This document shows, piece after piece, positions 16,521 through 34,581 of a stretch of DNA of 64,000 nt. The notes below the pieces were generated by a model, which was not told the origin of the DNA, did not search any database, and saw only the letters and a program-made list of their open reading frames with translations. Positions within the stretch are counted from its first letter, which is position 1; the number at the start of each line of letters is the position of its first letter. Made by a program: the position numbers and the translations under genes. This DNA comes from the human T2T-CHM13v2.0 reference genome, Homo sapiens, in NCBI RefSeq assembly GCF_009914755.1, contig NC_060928.1. One strand, given 5' to 3'.

Positions 16521-19333
16521 AGGCCATACTATTTACTCCTATTGATAATGCTACAGATACTTTCCAATGACCAGTTGGAGTTAGCAGTAAAAACTGAATA
16601 TTTCATAATAAGTTATTATTTTACATATTATTTTGTAGAAAATGCAAGTTTCCTTTCAATTTTCATGACTGCCTTTATGTTTTTAAAAGATTAGATTGAT
16701 GGTACAGTAATATTTTCTATTTAGGTTAATACTACCATTAAAATGCCACATTGTTGGACAGTTCTCTTATTGTTTCTGTATGTCTAATAACATAAAAATA
16801 GATTAGCATAATTGAAAACTGGATCATGAGTCGGGAGGTCTGCATTCTAGCTCTAAGTTCTTTCATTATCTGTGAATTACAGTTAAGGAAAAATTAAGCA
16901 GCTGGTAAGTGGCAGAGCTACTATCCAAACTCAAGACGCAAATAGCAGGAGAGGCAAAGTCAACTCATAATAGGAAAAATTTGATAAATTCATGATTTTG
17001 GACTTCAAATTTAATTTAATAATTTAAATTTAATTAAATAATATAAATAATGTATCACAAATATGAATTTGTATAAATTCATGAGTAGACATTTCATAGA
17101 AAGTTTGCTTATCCAAATGTTGATTGTCAGGAATCAACATATCAACGTATTTTGTGTGTGATTTTCTTAATTAATACAGGGAAAAATTTCTTTAAAATGT
17201 TTTACCATGGGAAAAATATAATTTCATCAAACTAAAGAGTACTATGATAGTTAAGCCACCTATTTATTTACAGAAAAATCAACAAGAATTAGAAAACATG
17301 TTGGAAATTTAAGCCATAGACTATGTAATATAATATTTAAAACCATTGACTATGTTATTCTTTCCACAGTATATTATAAATGTTGACATTGATACAAAAT
17401 ATATGTTGAACTATATGGGGTTTTCTTTACAGCTAAATGTATAAAATTTTATCACTGAGTTATATTTCATTAAGTGCAGAATAATTAAGTAGAATGTGTG
17501 ACACAAAAAGCCCTAAAACATAATTGATAACATATTTTTAAAGTTGTAATTGCTTATGAAAATGTAACAATTGATTCTAATTTAGCTTCCTCATGTAAAG
17601 ATTAAATGAGATAACATAAATAAAAGGTAAACTCCTCCCTGAAATACATTATTCAATGTCTTTATTAGTATTGTTAATAAACTGTTATTATACATCATGA
17701 TATGCTAGGGAAGTTTTATAAACTAGATTTAGGAATTTAGGAGGAAGAAAACACAATGAGCTAACACTGATACCAGAGAGTAAAGAGATATAGAGTCTCC
17801 AATAGGATCCATTAGCGGAGGGCCAGGTTCCTGGCTGAACTGTTCGTTACAGCATCTCTAGCACACAGCTCTGTAGCCTACATATTATAAGCTATTAGTA
17901 AATATTTATTGAGTGAATACATAAACTTTCCCCCTAAACAAAAGTGTTAATTTAGGCCACTTTGTGATGATGTTCTGGGATTACAGAATTAAATAAAAAT
18001 ACCTTTAGTCTTCTATTCCACAGAGTTAGCAGTTGTTAGTAACAATTCACACATACATACAAACACACGCATACACACAACATAAACCCAGTGTCTTAGG
18101 AACTTAAAAAATGATCGAGATTTGTATTTGTATTTACCTGGAGGAGCAGATAATGAACACTTTGCACCTTTTCTGATAATGATTTGGATGTGTCCCGTAT
18201 AAATTGCAATGGGAGTTGTACTTAGTTTTAAATAATTTGCTTGGTGATCAAAGTCAAGCAAATTTGTATTGGTATAATGAAATTGTTGCTGTATCTCATA
18301 ATTCTGTTGTTTTATTGTTGTTTTAGTTCATTTTGTTGTCCAATTATAGTGTATGGAAATGATGATAGCCATGGTGAATCTTAGGGGAGATGGGGATATT
18401 GCAGATGTAGGTGTATAGGGGATGACAAATTGGACATTGGAATAGGGTTGGAACCAATAGCCAGTTATCTCTGAAAATGTCATGGTGCATGGCACCAGTT
18501 TAACAGAGAGATATCATTGACCGAGAGGTTGGAAAATACTAATCTGTTATCACTTCTCCCTGCATTTTTTAATACTTTGTAGGATGTGTCACTTCAACTT
18601 TAACCTTGAAGCAATAGTACACATTACCATAGACAATATGTTTTTTCTTTCTTTTGCAAGTCAAAAGTATTGAATTGTGTCTGGACAATAAAGGAAGGTA
18701 TTTTAATCTTCCCGGGAAATTTATCATTATTACTCATGATAATTTTCAGTCATAATTATGATTTTACCCAACCTGTGTAAAAATTGTATTATACATACAA
18801 GAATTTTATTATGCAGACAAATTTGAAAAACAACTTTGTGGTATGTCTTTACTTACAATAGTCCTAGAGGTTGTCACTACTGTTCTATTTTAAAGATTGG
18901 AAAATTGAGGCCAATGGAGATTAAGGCGCTTGTTCAAAGTTACATAGCTAGTAAGTAGCAGTGTCTCATCCTAACTGAAGTCTTACTCCCAAACTATAGG
19001 TACATTAATGTATATATTAATATAAATCATTAGTGTGTATTTGTTAACATAATTTAGAATTTACATACACTATGTGTATTTGCCTTCCCAGGATTTTTCC
19101 CTGCCTTTTATATTCCCTGTTCTTTCCCTTTTTGCTTACGCACACTTAAGACATAGCAGTGCCCCTAATCACTACCTACCTGACAGAGGCAGAAGTAATC
19201 AACACAACTGTGTAAGTGAAGTTACTAATATATTCTGATTATGGATTGGAAACTCCCACCTATGTTAATAGAGTTAAAAATAAAGTAAAATAATCATAGC
19301 TACCATTGGTGGGTATTGGGAGGATTACACTAG

Positions 19334-19735
<402 letters not shown>

Positions 19736-20779
19736 TCAAAAATATAATTTTAAAAAATCTTTCCACCTATTATGTTATTTTCATGGGGTTATTACTTACA
19801 TGTCTAAAAGCCACACGCACAAAAAAGCTGCCTTCCCACAATCACTTTATCTCCACCCCCAATCTGCTTTCTGTGAGGTAAGGGACTTGGAAACAGTGGT
19901 CTACTTTCATAATTCAGGGTTTTTTTTATTATTATTATTGACACTTTTTGTTGAGAGATACTACTTTAATATCTTACCTATTGCTATTGCAGTAAAATAA
20001 GTCAAACAGTACAGCATAAATAACCCACTATCAAATATTAGGATTAGGGAAGTGTTCTTCTGAAGTCAACACTTTAAATTTCTGTTGGATAAAACTATAA
20101 AACAATCAATTAATTCTCACCTAATGGTGATGGGGTCATTCTCAGACATCGCATAGTGGTTATTAACCAACTTTCACTCTACCTTGTTATCTTGGATAAA
20201 GATAACTTGTCAGGATTCCAATACTGTTTTCATCACCATGCCATGAATATCTGAGAAAAATTGATTTCTAGCCTTTTAACTGGGAAAAAGCAATAAGGAA
20301 ACAGACTTACACAGTTTGCTTTCTGACTTATAGTTAAATAGTATGTTACCCTTCAGTTATGGGACCACTTTTAGACTTATTCATTATTTATGTGTCAGGG
20401 TGAGATATCAGAGAAAAATTTACAATAATTTTACTGCCAGCTTATAACTCAACTCATACAAAGACTAGAGTATAATTCAGCCAAAATAATCTAAATGTAT
20501 GTGTTCTTCTGAGAGATCTTGAGTGCCAACTGGTTCTATAAACAAAAGGGGACAGTGTGAGGGTATAGAGCTTTATGAATTATGTTGGGAATTTCTGGAC
20601 ATTAGATTTCTCCTAAACCTTTCTGGAATACATGCACAAATTCAAGTCAGTAAATTTTTATAATAATACTTCAATATCTAGATTCTACCATTGACTTGAT
20701 GATCTGCAATGAATTTCTAATAAGAAGGTTTAAAGTGTCACTTGGTTTTTTTAACCACTAGAAATTTTGCTTGATTCAT

Positions 20780-21250
20780 TTTTTTTCATTCATTTAACAA
20801 ATATTTGTTGATTTGCATTGTGTGATAATACTATTCTGAGTTCTAGGAATACAGCAGTGTATTAAACTGATAAAGTCTGTGCCCTCAACAATCTTACATG
20901 CTAGACACAGAAGATATTTAATAATGGTATAATATAGGTATTAATGATGCTTAATAAAGTAAATATAAACTATGCCAGGCAGTAAGGGTCATAAAGATAG
21001 ATATAGCAGAATAAAGGATGTAAAAAAGAACGGGTGGAGGAAAGTGTTCTTTTATGCAAATGGTCAAGACAGACTTCTTGAAGGTGAATTTTCAGCAAAG
21101 GAGCAAAGGCCTAAGGAAGGCTGCTGTGTGATGAGCTTTCTAGGCAGAAGACACTGAAAACGTCAAGGTTTAGATGTGGGACTATACCTGTCCTATTTGA
21201 GGAACTGCAAGGTGATCAGTTTGGCTAGAACTGTGGGGAGCAGGTCAGGT
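20780..21250 (-). mobile_element. L2 LINE 3' fragment
   Basis: TTCATTCATTTAACAAATATTTGTTGA terminal motif followed by typical L2 3' sequence. Confidence 0.7.
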
Positions 21251-21401
21251 CAAAGATTAGGGCACACATATAGTTGTCACTGGCCAAATAAATGATTATC
21301 TGCCCACAGCATTAGAGATTAGAGATTAGGAAGTGGTGGTATTTGGAGGGTAATGCTGCCCTCCAAATACAATCACCCATCCCCAAGTTATGAGCATCCC
21401 C

Positions 21402-21469
21402 AAAAATGAGCATTGTTCATCTCATCCAGTAATGCATCCCAGTGCTGCAGATGAACAATGCTCATTTTT
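21402..21469. repeat. Perfect 21-bp inverted repeat with 26-nt spacer
   Basis: AAAAATGAGCATTGTTCATCT (21402-21422) and AGATGAACAATGCTCATTTTT (21449-21469). Confidence 0.97.
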
Positions 21470-22139
21470 CAGTTGAAGAAAATCCATAATAAAGGAATCT
21501 AGGCATGTACTGTGCAGGATTACACAGTTAATAAATAGGAGAGATAGTCATCTAATCTGTTTTCTATAACTTTTCTCCCCCTTTCACCACACAATCTATA
21601 CAGTGAGGCAGTACTATTTCTGTACCAAAATTCAGAAACAAATAAAATGCCTCCCATTTGTTAATATGAGATACAAAGTAGCCAAATTGTATATTTACAT
21701 GCATGACTTTAAATGAATAGTATTTTTCATTATACTTTAAGTTCTAGGGTACATGTGCACAACATGCAGGTTTGTTACATATATATACATGTGCCATGTT
21801 GGTTTGCTGCACCCATTAACTCGTCATTTACATTAGGTATTTCTCCTAATGCTATCCCTCTCCCATCCCCCTACCCCATGACAGGCCCTGGTGTGTGATG
21901 TTCCCCGCCCTGTGTCCAAGTGTTCTCATTGTTCAATTCCCACCTATGAGTGAGAACATGCAGTGTTTGGTTTTCTGTCCTTGCAATAGTTTGCTCAGAA
22001 CGCTGGTTTCCAACTTTGACCACGTCATTACAAAGGATATGAACTCATTCTTTTTTATGGCTGCATAGTATTCCATGGTGTATATGTGCCACATTTTCTT
22101 AATCCAGTCTATCGTTGGACATTTGGGTTGGTCAATATT

Positions 22140-25021
<2,882 letters not shown>

Positions 25022-25084
25022 TATGATGTTAGCTGGTTGTTTTGCTCATTAGTTGATGCCGTTTCTTCCTAGCATCAACGGTCT

Positions 25085-26108
25085 TTACAATTTGGCCTGT
25101 TTTTGCAGTGGCTGGTACCAGTTGTTCCTTTCCATGTTTAATGCTTCCTTCAGGAGCTCTTGTAAGGCAGGCCTGGTGGTGACAAAATCTCTCAGGATTT
25201 GCTTGTCTGCAAAGGATTTTGTTTCTCCTTCACTTATGAAGCTTAGTTTGGCTGGATATGAAATTCTGGGTTGTAAATTATTTTCTTTGAGAATGTTGAA
25301 TATTGGCCCCCACTCTCATCTGGCTTGTAGGGTTTCTGCCGAGAGATCTGCTGTTAGTCTGATGGGCTTCCCTTTGTGGGTATCCCAGCCTTTCTCTCTG
25401 GCTGACCTTAACATTTTTTCCTTCATTTCAACCTTGGTGAATCTGACAATTATGTGTCTGGGGGTTGCTCTTCTCAAGGAGTGTCTTTGTAGTGTTCTCT
25501 GTATTTCTTGAATTTGAATGTTGGCCTGCCTTGCTAGGTTGGGGAAGTTCTCCTGAATAATATCCTGAAGAGTGTTTTCCAGCTTGGTTCCATTCTCCCC
25601 GTCACTTTCAGGTACACCAATCAAACGTAGATTTGATCTTCTCACATAGTTCCATACTTCTTGGAGGCTTTGTTTGTTTCATTTTACTCTTTTTCTCTAA
25701 ACTTCTCTTCTTGCTTCATTTCATTAATTTGATCTTCAGTCACTGAAACCCTTTCTTCCATTGATCGAATCAGCTACTGAAGCTTCTGTGTGTGTCACGT
25801 AGTTCTCGTGTCATGGTTTTCAGCTCCTTCAGGTCATTTAAGGTTTTCTCTACACTGGTTACTCTAGTTAGCCTTTTGTCTAATCTTTTTTCAAGGTTTT
25901 TAGCTTCCTTGCGGTGGGTTTGAATATCCTCCTTTAGCTCAGAGAAATTTGTTTTTACCGACCTTCTGAAGCCTAATTCTGTCAACTCGTCAAAGTCATT
26001 CTCCATCCAGCCTTGTTCTGTTGCTGGCGAGGAGCTGTGATCCTTTGGAGGAGAAGAGGCACTCTGGTTTTTAGAATTTTCAGCTTTTCTGCTCTGGTTT
26101 CTCCCCAT
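25085..26108 (-). pseudogene. L1 ORF1 remnant, disrupted
   Basis: Fragments MGRNQSRKAENSKNQSASSPPKD... and RRSNLRLIGVPESDGENGTKLENTLQDIIQENFPNLARQ match L1 ORF1p. Confidence 0.95.
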
Positions 26109-27129
26109 CTTTGTTGTTTTTATCTACCTTTGGTCTTTGATGATGGTGACCTACAGATGGGGTTATTGGTGTGGATGTCCTTTTTGTTGATGTTGATGCT
26201 ATTCCTTTCTGTTTGTTAGTTTTCCTTCTAACAGTCAGGTCCCTCAGCTGCAGGTCTGTTGGAGTTTGCTAGAGGTCCACTCCAGACACTGTTTGCCTGG
26301 GTATCACCTTTGGAGGCTGCAGAACAGCAAATATTGCAGAACAGCAAATATTGCTGCCTGATCCTTCCTCTGGAAGCATCGTCCCAGAGGGGCATACGGC
26401 AGCATGAGATGTCAGTCAGCCCCCACTGGGAGGTGTCTCCCTGTTAGGCTACACGGGGGTCAGGGACCCACTTGAGGAGGCAGTCTGTCCGTTCTCAGAG
26501 CTCAAACACCGTGCTGGGAGAACCACTGCTCTCTTCAGAGCAGTGCAGACAAGGACATTTAAGTCTGCAGAAGTTTCTGCTGCCTTTTGTTCAGCTACGC
26601 CCTGCCACCAGAGGTGGAGTCTATAGAGGCAGCAAGCCTTGTGGTGCTGTGGTGGGCTCTGCCAAGTTCGAGCTTCCTGGCTGCTTTGTTTACCTACTTA
26701 AGCCTCAGCAATGGTGGACGCCCCTTCCCCAGCCAGGCTGCCGCCTGGCAGTTCAATCTCAGACTGCTGCGCTAGCAATGAGCAAGGTTCTGTGGGCATG
26801 GGTCCCACTGAGCCAGGCACAGGATATAATCTTCTGGTGTGCCATTTGCTAAGACTGTTGGAAAAGCACAGTATTTGGGTGGCAATATCCTGATTTTCCG
26901 GGTACAGTCTGTCACGGCTTCCCTTGGCTAAGAAAGGGAAATCTTCTGACCCCAAGTGCTTCCCAGGTGAGGTGATGCCCCGCCCTGCTTCGGCTCACCC
27001 TCTGTGGGGTGTACCCACTGTTCAACCAGTCCCAATGAGATGAACCAGGTACCTCAGTTGGAAATGCAGAAATCACCCATCTTCTGCGTCTGTCACGCTG
27101 GGAGCTGCAGACTGGAGCTCTTCCTATTC

Positions 27130-27140
27130 GGCCATCTTGG
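27130..27140 (-). promoter_or_regulatory. YY1 site of the L1 5'UTR internal promoter
   Basis: Minus strand CCAAGATGGCC at the canonical position near the L1 5' end. Confidence 0.8.
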
Positions 27141-27176
27141 AACGGACCTAAATGAATAGTATTAAAAGAAACACCT

Positions 27177-27698
<522 letters not shown>

Positions 27699-28948
27699 GG
27701 AAAACTTGCAACTTTGACTGCTACAGAAATTCTATTCAAATAAACATAAATCTCAGAGGCAAAATGTAATAATCAGCATTTTAAATACTTGAAAAATAGC
27801 ATTTTGAACTAATGAAATTTAAACATGAGAAAATTAATTTCCTTCAGTGAACTGAAGACTTATAGACAATATTTAGGTTCAAAGGCCTTTTCAGATAATG
27901 GTGCAATTTTATTTTTCACCATGGTAAAGTCACAGAAATAAAATGATAATGAGTAACATCCTAAGACTAGCACATTGTCAATTTGTTTTCTGAAAATTTA
28001 TTTCTTCCTTTTAAACTGCTTGACATTTCCTACCTACTTTATTTGTAAATTGAAAGTGATATTAAACATTATCTCCAAATCTCAAAACTCCTTTTGGAAA
28101 GTTCCAAAATTTTATAAACCTATCCCTTTCTTGCTCTTTTCATTTTTCTCTTTTTCTTTAGCGTGGAAAGCCCAGAAGACTCCTAACTTAGTGACCATGT
28201 TTCTTACATCCGGCTATGTCTAAAATGGAACTGGGGTTCATTCTGAGCCAGAGAGTGAGTTCAGACATCCTGTGTGCCCTTAATCCCTGGAATACTGCCA
28301 CTTGAAATGGTATTTTCAGGGATGACTTCACATTATAGGAAATAGATACTCAACCATGCTTGTCATTTGTCCCAGCACCTAACAGGCAGAATTTCCAAAG
28401 GAAAGCAACAACAAAAATACTTGGTAACTCTAAAGTTCTGAAGTTGTCCCAAGAACAAGGGACTATTTACAGGACTTTGATGCTGTTCAAGGTCCTAACT
28501 TTATGTTAACTTGCTTTTGTTCTTATAGAAGTACCAGGTGACCAGAAGTCATCTACTTTGTTTGACCTGCAATTTCACGCTACCATCATCACTCTTGAAG
28601 ATTGCAGTTAATATGTAGTATCAGTAGATAGTATTCAATTTTGAAAAATAGTCTTCTATGCATTATTTCATCTAATAGTCACAATAACCCTGTGAGTTGG
28701 TATTATATTACTGGCCCAATATGCTTAGACACTGTGTGTACATTAGAAAGTCAGAGACCCTGAGCAAAAAGCAAAACTAAATCTTCAAACTCTATATCCA
28801 AGGTTTTCATCCCTAAACCGCATAAAGCCTAAATTAGAAAAGTTGGAACTAAACAAAAGTGGGGTACACAGGAAAAAGTGGAGAGTGAAAGTGATCAAAT
28901 ACAGGACCAGAATGTCTAGTCTTAATTTCACAGGAAGTCTGTACATCA

Positions 28949-29374
<426 letters not shown>

Positions 29375-29479
29375 TCATACCCTCATCTGGCTTTAGAGAG
29401 TTGACCACTGGATATGATACATTATGCCCCATATAAAATCAATTTTAATTGATTTTTAATAATTTTAATTGATGGAATT

Positions 29480-29790
29480 TGAACTATTATGGCTAAAACT
29501 ACTATGAACATTCATGTAGAAGATGAGTAATTTGCTAAGTGTATGTTTAACTTTAAAAGAAATGTGGTAGCTGTTTTTCAAATTCTTTGTACCATTTTAA
29601 ATTCCCACCAGCATGTTTAAGATTTCCAGTTGCTTCATGTTCTTGCCATCATTTGATATTATCAACCTTTCTTTTAATTTTAGGTGTTCTAATGGGTGCA
29701 TGGTGCTATTTCATTGTGGTTTGAATTCACATTTCTCTGATGACTAATGATCTTGGGTATCTATTTATGTACTTTCGGGCCATTCACTAG
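29480..29790 (-). mobile_element. Old L1M fragment
   Basis: ACCATTTTAAATTCCCACCAGCA..CATTGTGGTTTGAATTCACATTTCTCTGATGACTAATGA is typical antisense L1M ORF2 3' sequence. Confidence 0.78.
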
Positions 29791-30006
29791 TGTCATTTAC
29801 TTGAAAATTTGTATGTACAGAATAATCTCATTTTGGTAAAAAAAAATTATGTATAAAAACATATAGATCTGAAAGGACATACACTAAGAACATTTGATAT
29901 TTTAATTTTTAGTTTTTTAGTTTTGCTTGTCACCACTTTCTTACTTTTTACAATGAACATATGATACTTTTTTAATAATAAAAGAATTTTTAAAAGGAAA
30001 TTACTC

Positions 30007-30309
30007 TTTTTTTTTTTTTTTTTTTTTTGAGACAAAGTCTCTTTCTATTGCCCAGACTGGAGTGCAATGGCATGACCTGGGCTCACTGCAACCTCTAACT
30101 CCCAGGTTCAAGCGATTCTCCTGTCTCAGCCTCCCAAGTAGCTGAGATTACAGGCATGCACCGCCACATCCTGCTAATTTTTGTATTTTTAGTAGAGATA
30201 GAGTTTCACCATGTTGACCAAGCTAGTCTTGGCACCTGACCTCACGTGATCCACTCACCTTGGCCTCCTAAAGTTCTAGGACTACAGACATGAGCCACCG
30301 CGCCCGGCT
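30007..30309 (-). mobile_element. Alu SINE, AluS-type
   Basis: Antisense dimer, TSD GGAAATTACT (29996-30005 and 30310-30319). Confidence 0.96.
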
Positions 30310-32705
30310 GGAAATTACTTAAAATAAGAAGTGAAAGGACCCTTCTAGTTTTTCTATCAAAACCTATCCTTAGTGGTAAGTTCTCCTAACATTTTAGTGT
30401 ATTTTACTATGACTACTTTTAGTAACACACATATTTCAACAAAAATATGACCTTATACTGTTTTTGGCAACTGACTTTTTTTTAATTTAACATATCATAA
30501 ACATCTCGTGAATGTAGATACATCAAAATGTATTTATTATTTCCTCATTGATGGATACATAGATTGTTTCCATTTTTGTTGTTGCTGCCATCATAAGCAA
30601 TTACTCAATAATACTTCTGGAATATACTCCTTCAAGAAATCAATATTCAACAAGAATTTATTAAGCACTTGTGCCTGGCTGTGTTCTAGACATTGAGGAT
30701 ACAGGAGTCACCAAAGCAAAGTCTCTGATCTTCAGAGCAGGGTAATGAACCAAACTATTTGCAAGAACAAATTTCCTTAGCGTTTCAAGATGGAAGGAAA
30801 GCAGAACAAAGGTTCTTTCATAAATATTTATTTACACTTTACAAACTACAAGAGAAAAACCTTGTCATGTATATAAAAGTAAATACATAATGTAGTAAGT
30901 AAAATTCCTAGGAAAAGAGTATCCACATACGCTGCTTTCTGAAAGTATAAGAATGTATCACATACATACCATTGCTCACTGATAGTTTATTAAGAAAGTG
31001 TGGGTTATCAATTCAAATTATCATCAAGATCAATTATTATGTATTTTTTTGGTTTCCCCCAACCCATTTATTTTTCCTCATAATGCTTTTATTTTCATTT
31101 GGAAATTATCTTTATGCAGTTTTGGTGGTAGGGAAATTCCTACTATGTGAGGGTAAGAAAATGTTAGGTTATACCTTTTCTTAAAGAAGCAAAAGATAGT
31201 AGATCCTTACTCTCTCAGACTGATAGAGACAGAAAATAGGCGAGTGAATTTATTTTCACTAATTTTGTGCTCTCTTCAATTGTAAGATATACAATATTAA
31301 GAGAAATAGTTGGAAGCTACACAACTCAATTGGTTGCAGAGGGGGCAATAGATGCAGGTTAGTGAGCATGGTAGACTGCTTACCATGCCTCTGGGTTCCT
31401 GCTTTTTATGTTTATCTAATATTTTTTCTGGCCCTCTGAAGCTCTGAAGGTTTCTATTAATTCTGAGTCCATGATGTATTCTAATAATTCTTCTTTTACT
31501 TAAGTTTGTCATTTTTAACCTCTTTTGCTTGTAATTAAGAACTTTAAGTGGAACAAATATTTCTTTTAAACTTTTCTTTAATACCTACCACAAAATAAGT
31601 TCTTCGTCACCATAAGACTTGTGAGAAAAAAATGTAGAATAAATACAATGGACATAGGCCTTCTTTCAATTAGTTGTTCATTCATGTAACATTCAATAAA
31701 TGTTTATTTAATACCAGTTGCATTTGAAGCACTCCACTAAGCTTAGAGGTGTGAGAGAAACAACTCTAACATTTGTGAAACAAACAAAGCAACAGGGAAC
31801 ATAAGCTGATGCTCAGAGCCCCTGACCACATGGTAGATGCTAATGAAGATGCAGTGTTTTATTTGGTTGACATTCTGTTGCTATTTGTTTAAACAATTTT
31901 GTTGTACATAGTAGTGTTTTCCATCATTTCATTTTTGGAATTTCTCACTTTTTCAATAATGGGATACTAGTAAATGGTGCCCATAGGTAACGTGATGTAT
32001 TTGCTCCTTCCCCCATTCACAGCAATAGCATTTGCCTGAAAATGAGTAAATGCTTTGTGCAACTAAGCTGCATCCTGCCAATGGTATTCAATAAATTAAA
32101 ACATAATGCTCTATGCAAATGTTAAAGAAAACATTATCTGGTATGTTATGGCATTAAATAAAGCATTTAATGCTGGCAAGTTGGCTTTGCCTCTGTAGAC
32201 AAGATGATTCTAAGAAGCAATGTCTTGTAAGATATGAAATTAACCAAGCTGAGAGGGAAAGGAAAAGGAGTGGATGCATTCCAGGCAGAGGAAGGTGATC
32301 TGTACAAACGGTAGTGATAATGTGTCTGGAGGATCTAGGAGTTTCTGAAAGATTTTATTTTACCTGGAGAGATTGAAAAGGTATATCTGGTAGTAATAAA
32401 AATAAAAATAAATGAATCTTGAGAGGTGCACAGATGCCAGTGATTGAAGCACCTTTCATATCAACTTCAGTAGTATGGTACTCAGAAAAAAAAAAATGCC
32501 TGAACCTCAGGTACATATAAAGCAATCTGTATAATCTGTATAATGCACATCCTCCTGCCATTATCTGCTTTTGGGTCTTAGGCAAAGGCCTTTCTCACTT
32601 TCACACATTGCTGCAGGTTGTTGATAGTATTAAAACATGGTTTGACCTGGGAAAAGGCCATTAGGGAAAAAATGTGAAGGATGGAGGTTTGACACCCACT
32701 TCTGT

Positions 32706-32750
32706 GCACACACACACATATACACACATACACACATACATAGCCACATG

Positions 32751-32788
<38 letters not shown>
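32706..32788. repeat. Interrupted (CA)n microsatellite
   Basis: Directly visible. Confidence 0.95.
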
Positions 32789-32789
<1 letters not shown>

Positions 32790-34538
32790 GATGTGCTTGG
32801 GCTGTATGCCTTCCTTGAGAACAGCTTGGTTTCATTCGCTACAGAATCAGTTTCTCAGTCATAAGCTACCAAGACTTAGATGTCCTTTAGGAGTTATTTC
32901 ATAAACTCTTGATATCAGAACCTTAAATAAATTTACTTAAATAATGTTCACTTATGGAGCAAAGATAGAAAATGGTAACAGAGTAATCTCGGCAGATAAA
33001 AATAAAGTCCCAAATGAGTATCAACATATTTTAGTAATAGTCATCAAACGTTTAAATACACAATGAACTTTGCAGACAACTGTTGAAATATTCTCTATAA
33101 ATAAGCCACATATTTCTTCTCCTCATGATTTTAATGTGATATTTAGGTCTGAGTATCTCTATAAGCCCATGCTAATAGCTACTGTTTTAGTGACAAGTGA
33201 AGTTTTAGGGTCCTCACCGCTATCAGATATTTAGGTACATGGACTATTTTTACTAATTTATTCTTCCATCTGGCTGTAGTCTGGAATTTTAACTTCCAGT
33301 TTCATTTAAGAGCCTAAGCCTACTAATGAGACAGCCTTTGCAGCAGGTGGGAAGAAACAGAAACAAATGACAGCCTTTCCTTTTGAGCACCCCTAGTTAT
33401 GTTTCAGTCTCCAGGGTAGTGCTTGTTCTTTACCACTGTCTCACAATGGCTAACCCAAGCTTTAGAGCTTACAATTAAAAAAAAAATTCAAGCATTTTTC
33501 CTGATATTAACAGGGCAAAGCTTTCTGATAAGGATTGTGCCCTAAGCAGCCTTAATATTTAATGCTGGTATCATACTGACCTGAGGATGAACAATAAATT
33601 ATAAAAACATGCAGATGCTCACGTCCAGTGAATCAGAACAATTGATTTTCTTTTTAAACATGTGCTTGCCATGGGAAGTGTATTAATATGGCAGAAACAG
33701 GGCCAGGAAGCTTATATTTAGAATGAATTAGGCATGGAAGATGAATTACAGGGTAAGGTACTATTTATGGAGAATATAAAAAGCAAATGTGTAGAGAGAT
33801 GGGGGAGTCAGGGTGACTTGTTGAAATATGGTGCCCCACGAGGGCTCACTCATATATGAGTCAGAGAATACAATGAAGATGCCAAGAAGGAACTGCAATT
33901 TACAGAGACGGTCTCTCCAAAGACCAAATGCTAAATACACATCATATTTTTGTGACATCTCTTCATTACGGTTTAATATTAAACCTATCAGCCCCTTTAG
34001 GATCCATATGGCAGAATCACCAGCCTGGTAGTCTGGAAGAACAAGAGGCTTTTACTGCATATGTCTCTGTGAAACCCAAGGCTAACTTAGAATAGATGAC
34101 TTCACTTTGAATGCATCAATTACTAAAGGAAAGTAGGCATTAAAAATAACTGAAATTCCTGAGGATGGGACGACCGTGAAATGATGAATGATTAGGAGTG
34201 AATTTAATAGTGTACCCCAGGTGCAATACAAAATAATTTGTCCATCACCAGGAGAATGAAGGTGCATTAGAGAAGGCAATTGCTGGCATCCATCTTATCT
34301 ATTCATTAGTTATTAAAATGATTCATCATAGTCACTTTTCCTACTCATCATATTTTGTGAGCAGGTTGTTTATTAATATTATTAAATCTTTTCTTACTGA
34401 TATTTTGAATAAAATGCTTTAAGAGGAATGCATTATGTTTAATACTGGCTTTCTCAGATCATTTTAATCAGTATTTAATATCTATCTTCTCCCTTTAGAT
34501 TTTCTCAGTCCCTTATAAGAACATATATTATTCTGTGC

Positions 34539-34541
34539 ATG

Positions 34542-34578
<37 letters not shown>
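34539..34578. repeat. (CA)n microsatellite
   Basis: Directly visible. Confidence 0.95.

Positions 34579-34581
<3 letters not shown>

Noticed and set aside
17060-17140. Short 8-9-bp inverted repeats (ATGAATTT/AAATTCAT, ATGTTGATT/AATCAACAT); similar ones at 12559 and 55917
   Set aside because: Within chance expectation for AT-rich DNA.
26318-26352. Tandem TGCAGAACAGCAAATAT in the L1 5'UTR
   Set aside because: Probably largely a feature of the subfamily consensus rather than a locus-specific event.
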